Assembly: GCA_905331295.1 (NCBI GenBank)
Contig: CAJNYD010000074.1
Coordinates: 248,001 to 312,000, forward strand
Direction of reading: 5' to 3'
From: Rotaria socialis
Taxonomy: Eukaryota
Length of the DNA stretch: 64,000 nt
Below are positions 12,451-27,000 of the stretch, piece by piece. Both the position numbers and the translations under genes were made by a program. Each line of letters starts with the position of its first letter. The first letter of the stretch is position 1. Under the pieces are notes generated by a model. The model searched no databases. It saw nothing but the letters and a program-made list of their open reading frames with translations, and had not been told where the DNA came from.

Positions 12451-13423
12451 GATGAGGGGTACTTTCGCAAACCAGTGTCACAACCAAGTAATGCACTTAT
12501 ACAACAACATAAACAAAAACAATATCAACAGTTGAGCGTAATCGAGTGTCTATTTCTGGAGACTCATTGGGAACGGCGACGAAAACAAAAAGATGTTTAC
12601 TCTTGGAGAAATTTTTTCTCTATGGGTAACTTTTGTTTTGTTTTAGTCTCTTATTGTTTCTAGTCGTTATTCAGTCGGTTTTTACTTTCATCTTATCATA
12701 ATTTTTATTTCGTTGCTCACTTAAGATTAGTTGTGATCAAATATTTTCTTGTGTTTGCGAAAGGTTGTTCTCTTTATCGTCTTTCTTGTGTTTCTGAAAC
12801 AAATAGAAGAAGAAGAAAAATCTTTATAACAACAATAAAAAAAACGATATTCCAAAAAATTTTGACCTCAACGTCTTTTATCGAATACTCGAGACTTTTT
12901 ATTAGATTTTCCTATTATAATCGCTTATCAAAAGCAATACTTTCTAATAAGAAACTTTCAATGAAAATGGTAGAATTCAAGTCATTCATAGACAATCTGT
13001 CAAGTATACGTAAATATTTGAATGAGAATCAATGTATGAAAATAGCTTTATTTTTAATATCATTACACACACGATATTGCTTCTTTCTTCAGCATATCAA
13101 TGTAAATCAACATGAAAAATGGCACATGGATGTGAGAGCGTGTTGAACAGAATTTTTATTTTATTTTTATTTGAGTACAAAAAGCTTGTAAATAATTAGA
13201 TCCAAGTTAATTTGGATACCCAAAGCAATTCCAAATAATTTCAAAATATAATTGGGTAGTTAAAAGTCAAAATACACCATTCCCTTCATGCTTTTATCCT
13301 ACGATGGCATTTCAAAGAATGCTATCGATCGGTTCAGCCAAATATAATCAATATGTTATTTGTTTAACTGTAATTCGTTTCTTTATTGTTTGTGACAAAT
13401 ATTTGCTCATTAAATCCTATCTA

Positions 13424-13713
13424 CCCAGACCGAGCAGTACGGTCCGTATACGGCCGTTGACGGTTACTTTACGACGATTTTACGGGCGAAAGTTTGCCGT
13501 AATATCTGGTGCAGTAATACGTATCGTGTGATCATGAGAGTACGGAGTACAAACAGCCGTAAACCATGAAAATTCAGTCCCGCTTACGGTGCCGTATTAC
13601 TGCGCTAGGTATTACGGGCAAATACGACCTATTTACTGTCGTAAATATACTGCTTTGACATCGATTACTGTCGATAAACAGACCATAAACGAGTACGTTT
13701 TGATCAACCTGTG
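13424..13713. mobile_element. MITE with degenerate TIRs beginning CCCAG and internal tacgg/ccgta repeats
   Basis: Left end cccagaccgagcagtacggtccgtatacgg vs reverse complement of right end cacaggttgatcaaaacgtactcgtttatgg. Confidence 0.55.
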
Positions 13714-13855
13714 ATGGTTTCGGTTTTGAGATTTNNNNNNNNNNTATATTTCCAAGTCAAAATCAAAACCTATATGGTGATAGCCAAAACTTTGAAAACC
13801 AAACCGATGTCGAAATCAAAACTTCAAAACCAAGACTGGTTTTGGTGCATCCCTA
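13714..13855. mobile_element. End of a hAT-like MITE (aaaacc repeats, terminus tgcatcccta) spanning the assembly gap
   Basis: ggttt/aaaacc repeats; the terminus reads TAGGGATGCA on the reverse strand; 10 Ns at 13735-13744. Confidence 0.45.
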
Positions 13856-16811
13856 AATAGATATGTTAAATAATATATTGTATGTTTGTGTAATGTAACA
13901 AAAACGATAAAATTTTTAATCAGACCGTATTATCACGAAAAATCTTCGGATATTAAATAATCTGTGCTTTGCAATGGTACGCCAGTGGTCATCAATGAAA
14001 ATATTTTCTTCGCTTGTGTTGGCTCCAGTGCACGTCCAAATTGATAGTATCTCAATGAACAGATTCCGTCCATGTTCTGTTTTATGAACATCAATGAGGT
14101 CTTCTATCATGTCTATCATCATATGCGAAAGATAATAATCACTTAATCACCGTTACATACAAGATTTCAACAAATAACATAAATTGGAATAAGAAAGATA
14201 TACAATATATGTAATATCTGTATAACTTTCATTGAATTCAACACTGGGTTTTCGATTATATTATTGCATAAACAAAATATTAACTAGAGTAAGATTAATT
14301 TTGATATTCATCAATACGCTGCATAGATATGACATCATGGAGAATTCAACTATTGACCTCTTAAATTTTTTTTCTTCTTTAGACACATTAATGAACTATA
14401 GCATTGATTTCACTCGGTCTAATTTTTACATATTTTACAATTTCTTGAGCAGTAATTGAAATATCTCAGTATACAAGATCGTATCAAGGGAGGAAAAACT
14501 GATTGTCGGATTATCTTTGATTGCTTTCAGCTTTTTGACTATCACATGATGCATTATGGCTACATCTGATACTACTTTTAGTTTTCATCATTTAGCGCAA
14601 TCACAATCCTCTGATTGATAATGATTGCCAATAATTGCAATCAGGTTTTTCTCCATTGGACTACACATTATTCAGCAGTGTTAAGCATCTTTTAGTGTTG
14701 ATCAGGATGAACTATTGAGTTACATCTGATTTTAATCGTAAAATGATTTACTTAGTTCTAAAATAATTGCAGCGAGAATTATCATTTTTGTTTTCGCCTG
14801 AGCTTATTCCGAGATATTCTTTTGCCATTGAATTTGCTCTTTTGAAAATCTTGAGTGTTCTAGTACTAAAACTATGTTCTACTGACTATAAAACTATAAA
14901 GAAGAGGAGTCTTATGCAAAAAAGAACTGTTTTTTCTTCAAAGAAAAATTTATACTAACAACTGCTGAAAGATATTGCGAATGATGTCGAGTGTAGATTT
15001 ATCACTAAATATCCCAGAGATCTATTTCTAATGGTATCAATTATGTAAACCAAGTACCAAAATTTTATCAACATTTTGTTGCTTATTATTCCATTAACAT
15101 TTCTTTTGATAACGATTTCTTCTCAAAAAATGAAAGTGAATTCATCACGAAGATACTTCCTCAACAAAATTCACACTTTTTTCAAAAATAAATATTTTTC
15201 TGTGAAAGAAGTTTCTCTATAAGATGATTCATATTCATTAAAAATCAATGAATCTATATTTACTTTGAAATCATTGATTAACTAAATGTATAATTAATTT
15301 GCAGAGATATACATGATTCTATTCAACTTGGCTTACATTTCCATTGCTCGATGATCCTTGAAATAAATTTATTTCACTTTACTCAATCTCTCAGATAGTA
15401 AAGCTCGAATATTTCTCTTCTACAATTTTATCGCAGCTGATAATTCTAATAAATAACAAAAACAAGTTTTGATGGTATGCTCCGGTAGTAGTACAATCAC
15501 TTAGGATATGCCATATCAATGCAATAATAATAATAATCATATATGTATGATTCATTGCTTTTCGCTCTTATAGCTCCAGTGGTGTTGTTGATATCACTAC
15601 CACGTTGACTTTTATTGTTGTATTGAATTAATGATGCTTATTATTGTGTACGAATACAATAAAGATCAATTTGTTTGTGATACAAAAAGGCACCTGAAAG
15701 AAATTCTTTTCATTGGCTCTCTTCTAGATAAAACAAAATCCATGTAGAACTTAATTGAGTTCGTTTTTCCAGCATTACGAAAGATTCAAGTCCATTCATG
15801 ATTCAAATGGTGTAAACCACTCAGCTTAAAAATCAAAGATCAAGATGAAATTTCTGTTTATGACACATATTTTGTTGATACATATAATATTTCTTCGAAT
15901 CGCTTGTTTTCTCATGCGCTGCATCATTTTTAGTTTATATCTCAAAGTGCGTATTTTTGTTGACGTTCTCGTTTTTCCTCGTCTATCACCAATACTTTAG
16001 AACGATGCGTTTTTCATATAGATAATTGTACCTTACCAACGAAGATTAACTGAATAGCCTGCCATCGTCTTCTCTGACGGGTACAGTTACCCAAAATAAA
16101 ACGACAAAAATTGTTAAATAATTACTAGCAAACTCTTGACTTTTCTGTCGTCATATCATTATCGCAGTGAATTTCTTGATCTAAAACGAGTCAATATGTC
16201 GTATAATCGATTTCGAAAGCCAAGGAATATATAATTCAAATAGGAAACGTGACATATGCCAACGTAAACTTTATGGTCAACGGTCTTCTGCATAAATTAA
16301 ATGTATGTTGATGCGTGTCAATCTTTTATTTTTGCTTAAGGTCAATTTCATGTATAAGTACAATCATCAAGCAAAGTGATAATCTTAGAATGTTATGTTG
16401 TTTTCCGAATAATTAATATTGTCAATCATACTAACAAATGGTAAATAGCTTCGAGCATATCATAAACACAACGACGATAAAATCTTCTGTTGAATTAAAC
16501 TAATTGAGATTTTCTGTATTGAATTACTACTTCCATTAATAATAAATGCAACATAACAATAATGAAAGAAAATAAAGAAGAGAAGAAGAAAAAAGGAAGT
16601 GTATTCATACACACACACATATATATATATTTATATATAGTTAAAGAATGTCTTCCTTGTCACTTTATCTGCCATCACATTAGAACGACAACAAGACAAC
16701 AAAAAAACATTTACAATATTTCATCCAAAACATCGAACGTAATTATGTAGATTTCATGCTAATCGTTAAGATCTATTAAAGAATAGTTTTAATATATTGA
16801 AATTCTAGATC

Positions 16812-17974
16812 ATGACAGTTGTGCCATTTTTAGCATATAAAATTTTACCAAGTCGAACTATTGTTAGAGAAAATATTCGAGTTGATCATGTATGTATTGG
16901 CTTTGAATTTTTTGTTATAAATTGAATTTTCTTTTGTTATTTAGGTAAAAGAAGATTTTAATACTTTAATACATGTACTTACGCCTATATTGTTTATTAC
17001 AAAGACGGGTGTACCAAAACCACCTTTTCTTGATCCCGGTGTTATTCATCATTTGACAGATAAAGTTTGTTTGCTTTTACTCAATATAAATAATAAACAT
17101 AGTCTATTCATTGTAGCCAGGCACATTAAATCTTTTGCATCTATTCGGTTGGTTTCCAAATGCTCGAGGTGATTATGCGTTTGTTGATGCTAATTCACCT
17201 GAAGAAATAAATCAACGTGGCGAAATTGCAAATGAATTTCGTCGATTTTATGATGAATTAAAACAGACCAAAGATAAAGATCTTAGTTCAGTAACAAATT
17301 CTCATGCAGTAAGTTCTTATGAAATAAAAACTCTACTGTTTTACGTGTACTGTATAAATTTATCATAGATCATAACAACAGTACCATTCTCAGCATATTC
17401 TATTATACCAGCTGAAAAGATTATTAGAGATAATGTTCGTCTAGGACATGTATGTATTGTCGTTACACTCATTATTCAATGTTATATTTGACATATTTGC
17501 TTTTGTAAATAGATCAAAGAAGATCTTGATTCTATGATACATGCTTTGACGCCAGTTCTATATCTAACGAAGACAGGTGTACCGAAACCACCTTTTCTTG
17601 ATCCTAGTATTGTTCAACAATTAACAGATAAAGTTTGTGAAATTTGATTGGATATTATGGTGTTCAATTCGATTATATTCTAGCCTGGTACATTGAGCTT
17701 ATTACCACTATTTGGTTGTATTACTAATAATCGAGGTGATTATGTTTTTGTTGATGCCAATACATCAGAGGAAATAGCTTTACGCGAAATTGCTTCTCAT
17801 GAAATTCGTCAATTATACGATGAATTGAAACGTGTCAAGAATGGTCCAGATATTGTTGTTGAATACTTTCTTAATGTAAGTTTCCTGCATTGATTAAAGA
17901 TAATGATTTTATAATTTGTTTTTTTTTTTGGTTAATTTTAGCATCCAAATAGTGATGTTTGCAATGTACAATGA
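16812..17974 (+). CDS. Uncharacterised 271-aa protein of two tandem ~130-aa modules with C-terminal CaaX (CNVQ); exons 16812-16889, 16945-17064, 17117-17308, 17369-17449, 17513-17632, 17684-17875, 17942-17974
   Basis: All introns are phase 0 GT-AG and the frame is open throughout. The modules share TKTGVPKPPFLDP, LTDKPGTL, RGDYxFVDAN and YDELK. Confidence 0.85.
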
Positions 17975-20786
17975 TCCTAATTAATTCATACATCACATCA
18001 ACTGTTAGATAAAAAGAAAGACAAGACTGGAATTTTTTAATTGCTATATAATTCATCTATATCATTTTACTTTTCTTATGTGTGCTTTTCATATTTCTAT
18101 AGAAATTATTATCTCTTTTATATACAAAAGTAATTCTGAATATCCGTGATAGACCGATAGAACTTTTGGTTTTTCGTATTCTCTTATCCGACCCATGGCA
18201 ATGTGTTATTTTAGTGATTCGATTATAGATTTTGTTTAAAAGAGGTTTCAGTATTCTGTTTCTATAGAATAAGTTTTCTAACTAATGTTAATTCTCTTAG
18301 TCTTCCACGAAGAAATGTTCATGGTCAGTGTAATTTCTTCGAAATATTTACAATCTATTGCTGAGAGAAGAAAACAGAAGGGTGTGCCTATTGCTAATGA
18401 TAGCAGGCAGGCATTGTGCACGGAGACGATCGATTAATCATGAATAATATTTTCCTTCAAGATTTCATCACGACACGTCAACAGAAGAAAAATACGATCG
18501 AAATAACGAGAAAAAAACTTACGAACACCATACGTTCGAATTTCACATAAAAACAAAGTAGCTTTATTTTAGCTTCTATTTGCTAGTCGATCTATCTTTC
18601 AATAGTTTATCTTTTAGCTCAATTAACTCTTTTATTCTTGTTTTTGCTTGTTATATCGTATGCACTTTGTTTTCGTTTCGAGTCCGTACATCATTGTTTA
18701 GCTCATCGAAATATACGAAAATTGTGTATGACTTTAGAATATATGATTGTAAGTAATTTGAGTAATTAGTGGCGAAAATATCTTCTAATAATGTAGTAAA
18801 ATTAACTTCTATCCAAAACTTACGACTGTTCTTACATATGAGAGCATTGAAACGAAAATATTTCTTCGAATATGATATCGCTAAACTTGAATCAAAGACC
18901 GAAAATCTACTCTAACGTCGAGTATTACTTCATTGTGAAGTTTTCTAATCTTGCAGTTACGGCTATTTTGCTTATTTGAAAGTTTCATTTTTAAAATCTT
19001 CATTCGATCGCGGTGATGCAAACGAAATCACATCTTATTTTGATCTGTCGACATCTTTTTTTCTATTTATAATCGACTAAGAATTCGTACTTTTAAATGG
19101 TAAAAGTAAAAATAATTTTCGAGATAAAGTATTAAGAGGCCGCATGAATATTTCGATTGAATCCAATGGAATTATTTATTCAAATAATAAAATTTTATAG
19201 TTTAATTATAATTTGGGTCTGCTGTCAAAATCTCTCTTTTACAAGACGTATACCATAAGGTTTTATAAATTGTTAATACAATAAAAACCAAAAGGAAGCC
19301 ATTATTTTTAGGATTCTTGTTGGCATTGTCTGTGAACATTTATTTTAATTTTACTACTAATGTTGCAGACTCCGTACTTGTAGTGTTGTGAATGTATAAT
19401 TTGTAGATGATCAATACTGCTATCAATTCATCATTGAATATTAAATGATTTTAGTATGTTTCCAGGTTTGCATCAAAGAAAAGGGTACATGTTTGATGCT
19501 ATAAACAAAATTTGTATGTAATGAAAAGTTAGTGTCAAGATAATATGATGATCTAACTATGTTATAGCGTACCCAAGATATTCAATAAACATTCTCCTTC
19601 TCGTTTTTCTATGTAAATATGCAGAAGATTAGTAAAAATAGAAAAAGAAATTAATATTCGATGAGATTATAGGCGTGGAAGCGAAAACAAAACACTAACG
19701 ACATGGAATAGAGAATAGCTTTGCCAAAATTCTTTCAACTGTATGTTTAAACTCTTTAAAGTAACGAATAGAAGCAGTTAGCATGTCTAAAAATCCATCT
19801 CTATCGCAAAATTTTGTCGAATCCCAAGTTGAATATATAATAAGAATAGGAAATTGAAAAATAATGATAAACATTTTTTTCAGTCCGACATAAGTTTCAT
19901 GACAGCACATGACGTGAGTAACGAGCATATCTATTCTCAATTGATAATTCTCATATTACAACAATTGCTTCTAAAAGCATAGAAAACCACTTGGCAAAAA
20001 ATTTCTTGACAACATCATAGGTTTGTATTCGCAAGGATATTTGTCTTTTGCTCTTTTTTTTAATTTCATATATTTGTGTATCTGATTTCTGTTCTTTGTA
20101 TAAAAAGTTGCATTGACAACAAATTTAGTTTTCTTTTTCAAACAATTCTGTATATAATTTAATAATTTTGAAAAAAAATGATGCGCCGGAAACACCATTC
20201 AATATTATCATCATCGCCTTTGTTTGAATTGAAAACGCTGGAAAGTCTAAGAAAAGAAAGAACCAGTCGCTTCTCTCCCATTAAGAAAATTCTCCTCTAA
20301 CAAAGACGAAGGCTAATGATGATGCGTTAATGCTGCTTGAGCTAAGCCTGACAAAGAGATTTTTTTCTATGATTTACTAGCTCTTTGCCTTCTTCTTTTC
20401 GAAACGATAGATCTCTCATTGAGATTGAAAAAAAGAAGAAATAAAATAGCTTGTGAGAATGAATGACTGCGATTTAAAAGAGCCTCAAATAGCTAATGCG
20501 TACAGCTGACTGTTGACCCGAATAAAGCGCATTAAATATGATTGACAGTCATTTTTCTCTCTGTTCACATGGTTAGGCTGAAATTACAGCAAGAAATCAA
20601 ACATTATTAAAATCTACACTATTAAATCAAGCTATCACGGCTTTGTCTATTCTATTAATTGAACATAACTTGATCTCATATTTCTTCAGTTTACTGCATT
20701 TTCTATATTGATATTCAATGTTAAATTCATCTTTTAAATTCAACAAAGTTTCCGTTTAGAAACGCTGAATACTATTGCCACAGAAA

Positions 20787-20811
20787 TGTGACTCACAAGT
20801 TGTGAGTCACA
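20787..20811. repeat. Perfect 25-bp palindrome containing two inverted TGACTCA (AP-1-like) heptamers
   Basis: tgtgactcacaa-g-ttgtgagtcaca. Confidence 0.7.
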
Positions 20812-22526
20812 ACTGGCACTAGACGAATGACTATTATGTAAGTATAACTCAAGAATTTCTAGCTTGTTAAAGTATTGTTCATGCCAAAGCACATTTTGGA
20901 CGTGTATTTATAGAATTCTCCAATTACTATATCTAACTTGTATATCAAAAGTAAGTTTTACATTTTTGAATTAAAGCAGTCTATTAATATTTATAGTAGA
21001 CCAATAACAAGATGATTGTGTTTTCTTTTCTCTTCATTAAAAATGACGATGATAAAAAAGCGATTATATACCTAGGTTGCAAGCTCACCCAGTCACATCA
21101 ACCAAGTCTGTAAAATTAAATATCATGATTTTCTTAGTATTTTAATACGATAACTAGTGTGAATTTGAGATCTGTTATATTTTTTTTTTGAAGAGTGCAC
21201 AGAGATCTTTGTAACAAGCGAAAAAATGAAGCTTATCTACCTCTATCAATAGATATTGTAGTTCTCAATAAATGCTATCCAATCGCAGCACCCAAATAAT
21301 ATCAATTAATTGAATATAAACATCAATCGTAATATTTAGTTTACTATAGTTTCACCTTCTATATCACGGTTAGACTAATTGCAGCTTGTTTAGCATATTG
21401 TCCATGGCTAAGTATTGATGATTCTTACTGTGCTGTTGATACGAGATACGCTTTTTGTCTATTCGCATCGACATGTAATTTGTAAGCAATATGTGTGTCG
21501 AAACTAGTGTACTTATTTATTCTACATTAGAACAACGTAACTAATTTATCTAAAATCAGAGGACCTTGGCCATGGATGGTAGGCGTATCTCATTGTAAAA
21601 GACGTGTTAGCTAGAATCAGATCTATGTATCGTTTTAGCTCTCAATTTTGTTTTTACTCCTTCAACGTGTCATATCATTTCCAGGTCCGTGTCCAGGATA
21701 TTGTCACAATGGGTAAACAAAAGCCATTTCATTAACATGCATCAAAGAAAATGATGTTCTCCTAGTAATGTCATTGATCAATTTATAGATTCAGGAATGA
21801 ACTTCTAACATTGATGCCTCTATATATAATTTTAGATTGCATTTCTACTTCCTCAATTTTCTTAAATATTATAAATAAATATAACTTTTTCTTTTTTCTT
21901 GTTGTACCATGTATAAGTGTCTCTCTGTCACGTTTATCGAAAATTGATTATCCCTAAAAGAAAATCAATAGATCAGACATAAATCATCATTCGTTTCGTA
22001 CTATGTCTTTCCAAATTAATCTAAGACTTTTGATTCTGCTTGAAATATTGATTATTCAAAGGTACCGATAGTTTTTGTGCATACAAGTTTAAGAGGAAAG
22101 ATGGCAGCGGTGCACAATATAATACGGATATCCGATATAGAGGGCACTAAAAGTTCAACGATAATTTACTACTAAATCGTTCGAAGAAGTTCACATAAAA
22201 CCTAAAGCAATAAATTAAAATATAGTTAAATATTTTAAGTATTGTGGTAAAAAACACAACACAGAATTATTATATCACGAATGTATGGTTGAAGTGCATC
22301 AATACCTACCCAATCTATTATAAAATATATGAGTCATTGCTTCTTGACATGTTCACCATTATATGAAATTTTATGTGTGCAGAATCGAGTTCCACCTTTT
22401 GTTTATTTTCCTTATCTATGAATATAAATTTCCAATAGTAAACACTTAAAATCAATCTGTTCAAAAAAGTATTTTATCGTGAGACATGAAATATTAGTTT
22501 TTATAATCGTTTCAGATATAAAACTA

Positions 22527-23895
22527 ATGGAAGCAACGAGTGCTAATACGGTTAATTCTGGTTTTGTTGGCATTAAATTTTGTCAAGAATGGTTCGTTTG
22601 AATTCAATTGTTTTAATTTTAATTTAACTTCATTTTCTAAAAATTGTTTTAGCAACAACATGTTGTATCCTAAAGAAGATAAGGAAAATCGAATTTTACT
22701 TTATGCAGTAACTATCTTTTTCCTTTCATCGCTTCCGATTAATGTATATATTTAGTGCCGCCGTTGTCAACATCAACAGGCAGCTGATAATCCTTGCATT
22801 TATGTCAATAAAATTACACATGAAATAGAGTAAGCATTGTTTTCCGGGAGTACTTGTAGTTTTAACTAGCTTCATTACAAAAATGTTCCCATTAATTGTT
22901 TCCTGAAGTAGTAGTGGGTACGACCTTTTTTGAAAGAAAATCTTTTATTCTTTTAAGATCTATATAATTAGATATTCTGGGGGATTTGGATGATAAAACT
23001 CTCATTACTATTAATAGAAAATCGTGTGTTACATTACTAGTTAGAAAGTTTTGAAAGGTAGTCTCCTACATTAATCTTAGTTAGGCAATATTCAATTATA
23101 TGAGTTACTATGATTTTACGTGACGAGTTTATTAGTTCATTATGAACCAATCTACTATTGTCGTGCAAAACAAAATGCTTTTGCGACCAATTTAAATAGA
23201 AATCCAACATTTTTTGTTTTCATATAAAATCATATTTTTTTGTACTATCATATATTTCCAACTCTGAAAATGAATGGTCAATACATCTCGAATGATTACA
23301 TTTATATAGTATGTGAATGAATAGCAGTGAAACTATGATTAATGATACATATTATTCTATGAATGAGTATTTCTCATGAGTACAATTAATATTTTTCATA
23401 TCGGAAATATATAAATATATTCCAATGTTGAATGTTGGATCACGAACTAGAGCACGTAAACAGGTGTTTCGAAATCTACTGCAGATCATATCAGTTCGTT
23501 TTGATGTTTCATGATGGAAAAGGTCAATTGTTCTTTATATACACTACTGACTGGATAATCCATTTTCCAACCAAAAAATATTGATTTTTTTTAGTGAATT
23601 AACACAAATTGTTACTGATGTTGTATCCGATCCAACATTACCACGTACTACTGATCATCCTTGTAAGTTTATTGCTTAAATTTCCAAACGAATGACATTC
23701 GTTTCTTTTAGGTCCAAAATGTCACGGTAGCGATGCAGTATTTTTTCAAGCACAATCAGCACGCAGCGAAGTTTGTCTTTTCTATATATATAGTTTTCAT
23801 TCTTTTATTTCCAATTTTGTTTTCATTTTAAGGATCGTATGACACTTTATTATGTATGCCGAAATCAACATTGTCTTCATCGATGGACTGAATAG
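22527..23895 (+). CDS. POLR2I: RNA polymerase II subunit RPB9; exons 22527-22591, 22653-22707, 22756-22829, 23595-23662, 23712-23770, 23833-23895
   Basis: Spliced protein [33 protein letters not shown]...[40 protein letters not shown], with two zinc ribbons. Confidence 0.97.
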
Positions 23896-24058
23896 AATAA
23901 AAAATTCTACATATTTCTTTTTGTTTCTTCTTCTTCTTCTTCTTCTTGTAAAAGTCAAATAAATACAACTCTTTTCTTTTAATTTCAGATATGTAATTGA
24001 AAAGAGAAAATTCGGAACACACAAACAATTTCTATTATCTTTTAATAAACATTTTATT

Positions 24059-27000
24059 ATGTCTTCTCAAAATGAGAACGACGATAAATTACCAACCGAA
24101 GATAGTCCTATAACAACTGTTAGCCATAAACGTCGTGTACGATTTCCAAGTGATGAAGCACAATTGCGTATGATATCAATTACACCTGAACCATTATCGA
24201 ATCAACCATTACTTTCACTTGGAGTTATTTTACAACGTTATCGTGCTGCATGTCAACGTGTACAAATACGTCCATTGAATTGCTTATTAGATCAATTAAC
24301 TACAATGGATGACAACAGAAAATCATTTAGTGATCGTCTTCATTGCTTAAAAATAGCTAATGAACGATTAGATATAAAACATATTGATGCTATTGAAGAA
24401 GTTTTATCTCGTTGCCGTTTTCATACATTGGATTTTGAATCGTCATTCTCTGATGATTCAACACTTGTACAATTTTTTGACATTATTGAATATTATGAAT
24501 CGTGCACGCATTTAAATTTATCTAATAATCGTTCCATTAGTGTACAAGGTTATCAAGCATTAACGAGATATTTAAGAAAAACACGTTATTTAGAAAGACT
24601 TGATGTGAATTCAATGCGTTTTGATGATATGAGTATGTTAAGTTTTGGACGTGCACTACGTATGTCATCAACATTATATGAATTGCATTTGGAATCGTGC
24701 CAATTAAATGGGAAAATTTTACAAAAATTAATACAAAATATACGTTTAGCTCCTTGTTTACGTGAACTTTATCTTTGTGATAATCGTACGTATTTTTTCA
24801 TCGGAATATGAATACAAGGAAGTGTTTTCCTAGTAGTAATCTGACCGAGTTCAATGGCGTTGAGATAACATTCTCTGCAGGTTAATTAAAGAAAGTCTAT
24901 TTTTTGAATTACTGACATAAATAGAAATAGTCTTTTTTAATGCGAGTTCTTCTACTTTTTTGTTGCTTGTAGCAAATAATAAACGATAGAGTAGCTTTTA
25001 TATTTTTACGAGCATTATTTTTAAGAGAAAAATTACTTATGGACTCAATTGGTTTTAGGCTTAATGGAACAAAGTGATTTCGAAGAGATTTATTCTGATG
25101 AATTAATGTATGCTGTAAAATGATAGCAAATATTTGAAAGGAAAACTTTGACACATAGTATTTTATATTAAATTATAAATCATCAGTAGTATATAGAAAA
25201 GGTCGTAGATTTTCTATTGAGTTTCTTAGAGCTTTTCTTTGAAAGGTTATCAGCGCGTAATGAATCTGAGTATTGCCATTAAATGTATCTGCTGTTGATT
25301 ATGATAAGTTTTCTATTAAAGGTCAAAGATAACTAGAAAAAGACTTATTTATGCTCCGAATATTCTATTCTTTGAAGTAGAACTATGAACTACATGTTTC
25401 TGGAATATGAAAATTATTCACCTGACTTTTTCGGACACTTTTCTTTAACAAGACATTCATTGGATTTCGATGATTGCGCTATTGGAATTAGTGTTGAATT
25501 GCATAGAAAAGCTTCTAATTATGTATTGAAACAGAAATAAATAATAGAATAATTTCATTGACTAAATAGGCCTTCAAGTGCAAGACTCATTACTGATAAA
25601 TGATCTGATTCGAACTTGTGGTCAATTTCTTCATGTACTTGATCTACGTTCAAATGCATTGCAAGATACTGGCATGTCTCATATAGCGTCGCAATTAAGT
25701 CAATACGACGAAAATCATGCACAACAAAGCAATCTATACAAAATAAGTTTTCAATCAAATCAATTAACGTATCAAGGCGTTGGTTTTCTAGCTAAATCGT
25801 TACTTCATAATCGTACAATACGTTCATTAAATTTAAGTCATAATCCAATAACAAACGAAGGTTTATTTCTATTACGTGATACTCTATTAACGAATCGTAC
25901 AATAAATGAATTAATATTGAGAAATTGTCGTTTAACAGATCAAGCTGCTATTGCTTTAGCAGAATATATAGCTGAATCATCCACAATACAATATTTAGAT
26001 TTAAGAGAAAACAGTATTCAAGCGAGTGGTATATGTGGTATTGCAATAGCAATTAAAAGTAATAAATCTTTATTGAAACTTGATTTTGATCCAATTATTA
26101 CAACAAATTTTAATTCACAATCGAATAATAATATTGATCGATCAACAATACCAAACTCAAATAGTCTCCTGTCTCTATCAAATCTTCGACGAATGACAAT
26201 CGGTTTCAGTGGCTTAACAAGTAATGCATATAATGCAAATGGAAGTGATACACAAACTGCACGAGAGCTATTTGAACAAAAACTTAAATGGATGAATGAT
26301 ATTGAATGTGTTTGTGAGAGAAATTTAATTCATTATGAAGATCAATTACGTCGACAACAAGAAGAAGAAGAACAGCAACGACAACAACAACAACAACAAA
26401 CAAATGAACAAAATGATAATGGTAAAGATATTGAATATATTTATTCAAATTTATTTATTGTTTCGTTTAGGAAAAGTTATAACTAATGGAACTGATCAAC
26501 AAGAATCACCCATTGTTACATCAAAAGATATTATTTTAGAAGAAAATTTTACTAGTGAAATTTTATCAAACGATAATATTCCTTCATTATCGGCTGACAA
26601 TGAACATTCAATGCTTCCTATTCAGAATAACAGTGAAGTTACAGCACTATCAACAGATGAAATTTTACAGTAAATTATCTTGATATGGAATTATTTCAGG
26701 GAATGCTGTTTTTTTTTAAATTTAGATCACAAAATGCTGGAGCTAATGATGATGATGTCTTTGTTGTAGCACCTATAGATAATCAATCGAATGATAACAA
26801 TCAAGTTGCACCAATGCCAGAAATTTCTGTTGAGTAAGTTCTCTTAAAACGCGATAATCTTTACTTCTGCACATCAACAGCGAAAATAGAAATTTAATTG
26901 ACCATGCCAGTTTTAAGAACTACTAGTTATTGCCTACTTGACATTTGTATGAGTCATATTTTATTAAGTCACTTTAATAAACGAGATTATGACTGGTTTA

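Noticed and set aside
12150..12470. 106-aa antisense ORF, and the 11542-11766 alternative-frame ORF
   Set aside because: Shadows of the EF1A coding exons with no independent features
21559..21600. GPWPWMV (+) resembling a trypsin motif, and YPGHGP (-, ~21690) resembling a metallo-beta-lactamase motif
   Set aside because: Isolated short matches without the other catalytic motifs or an open frame
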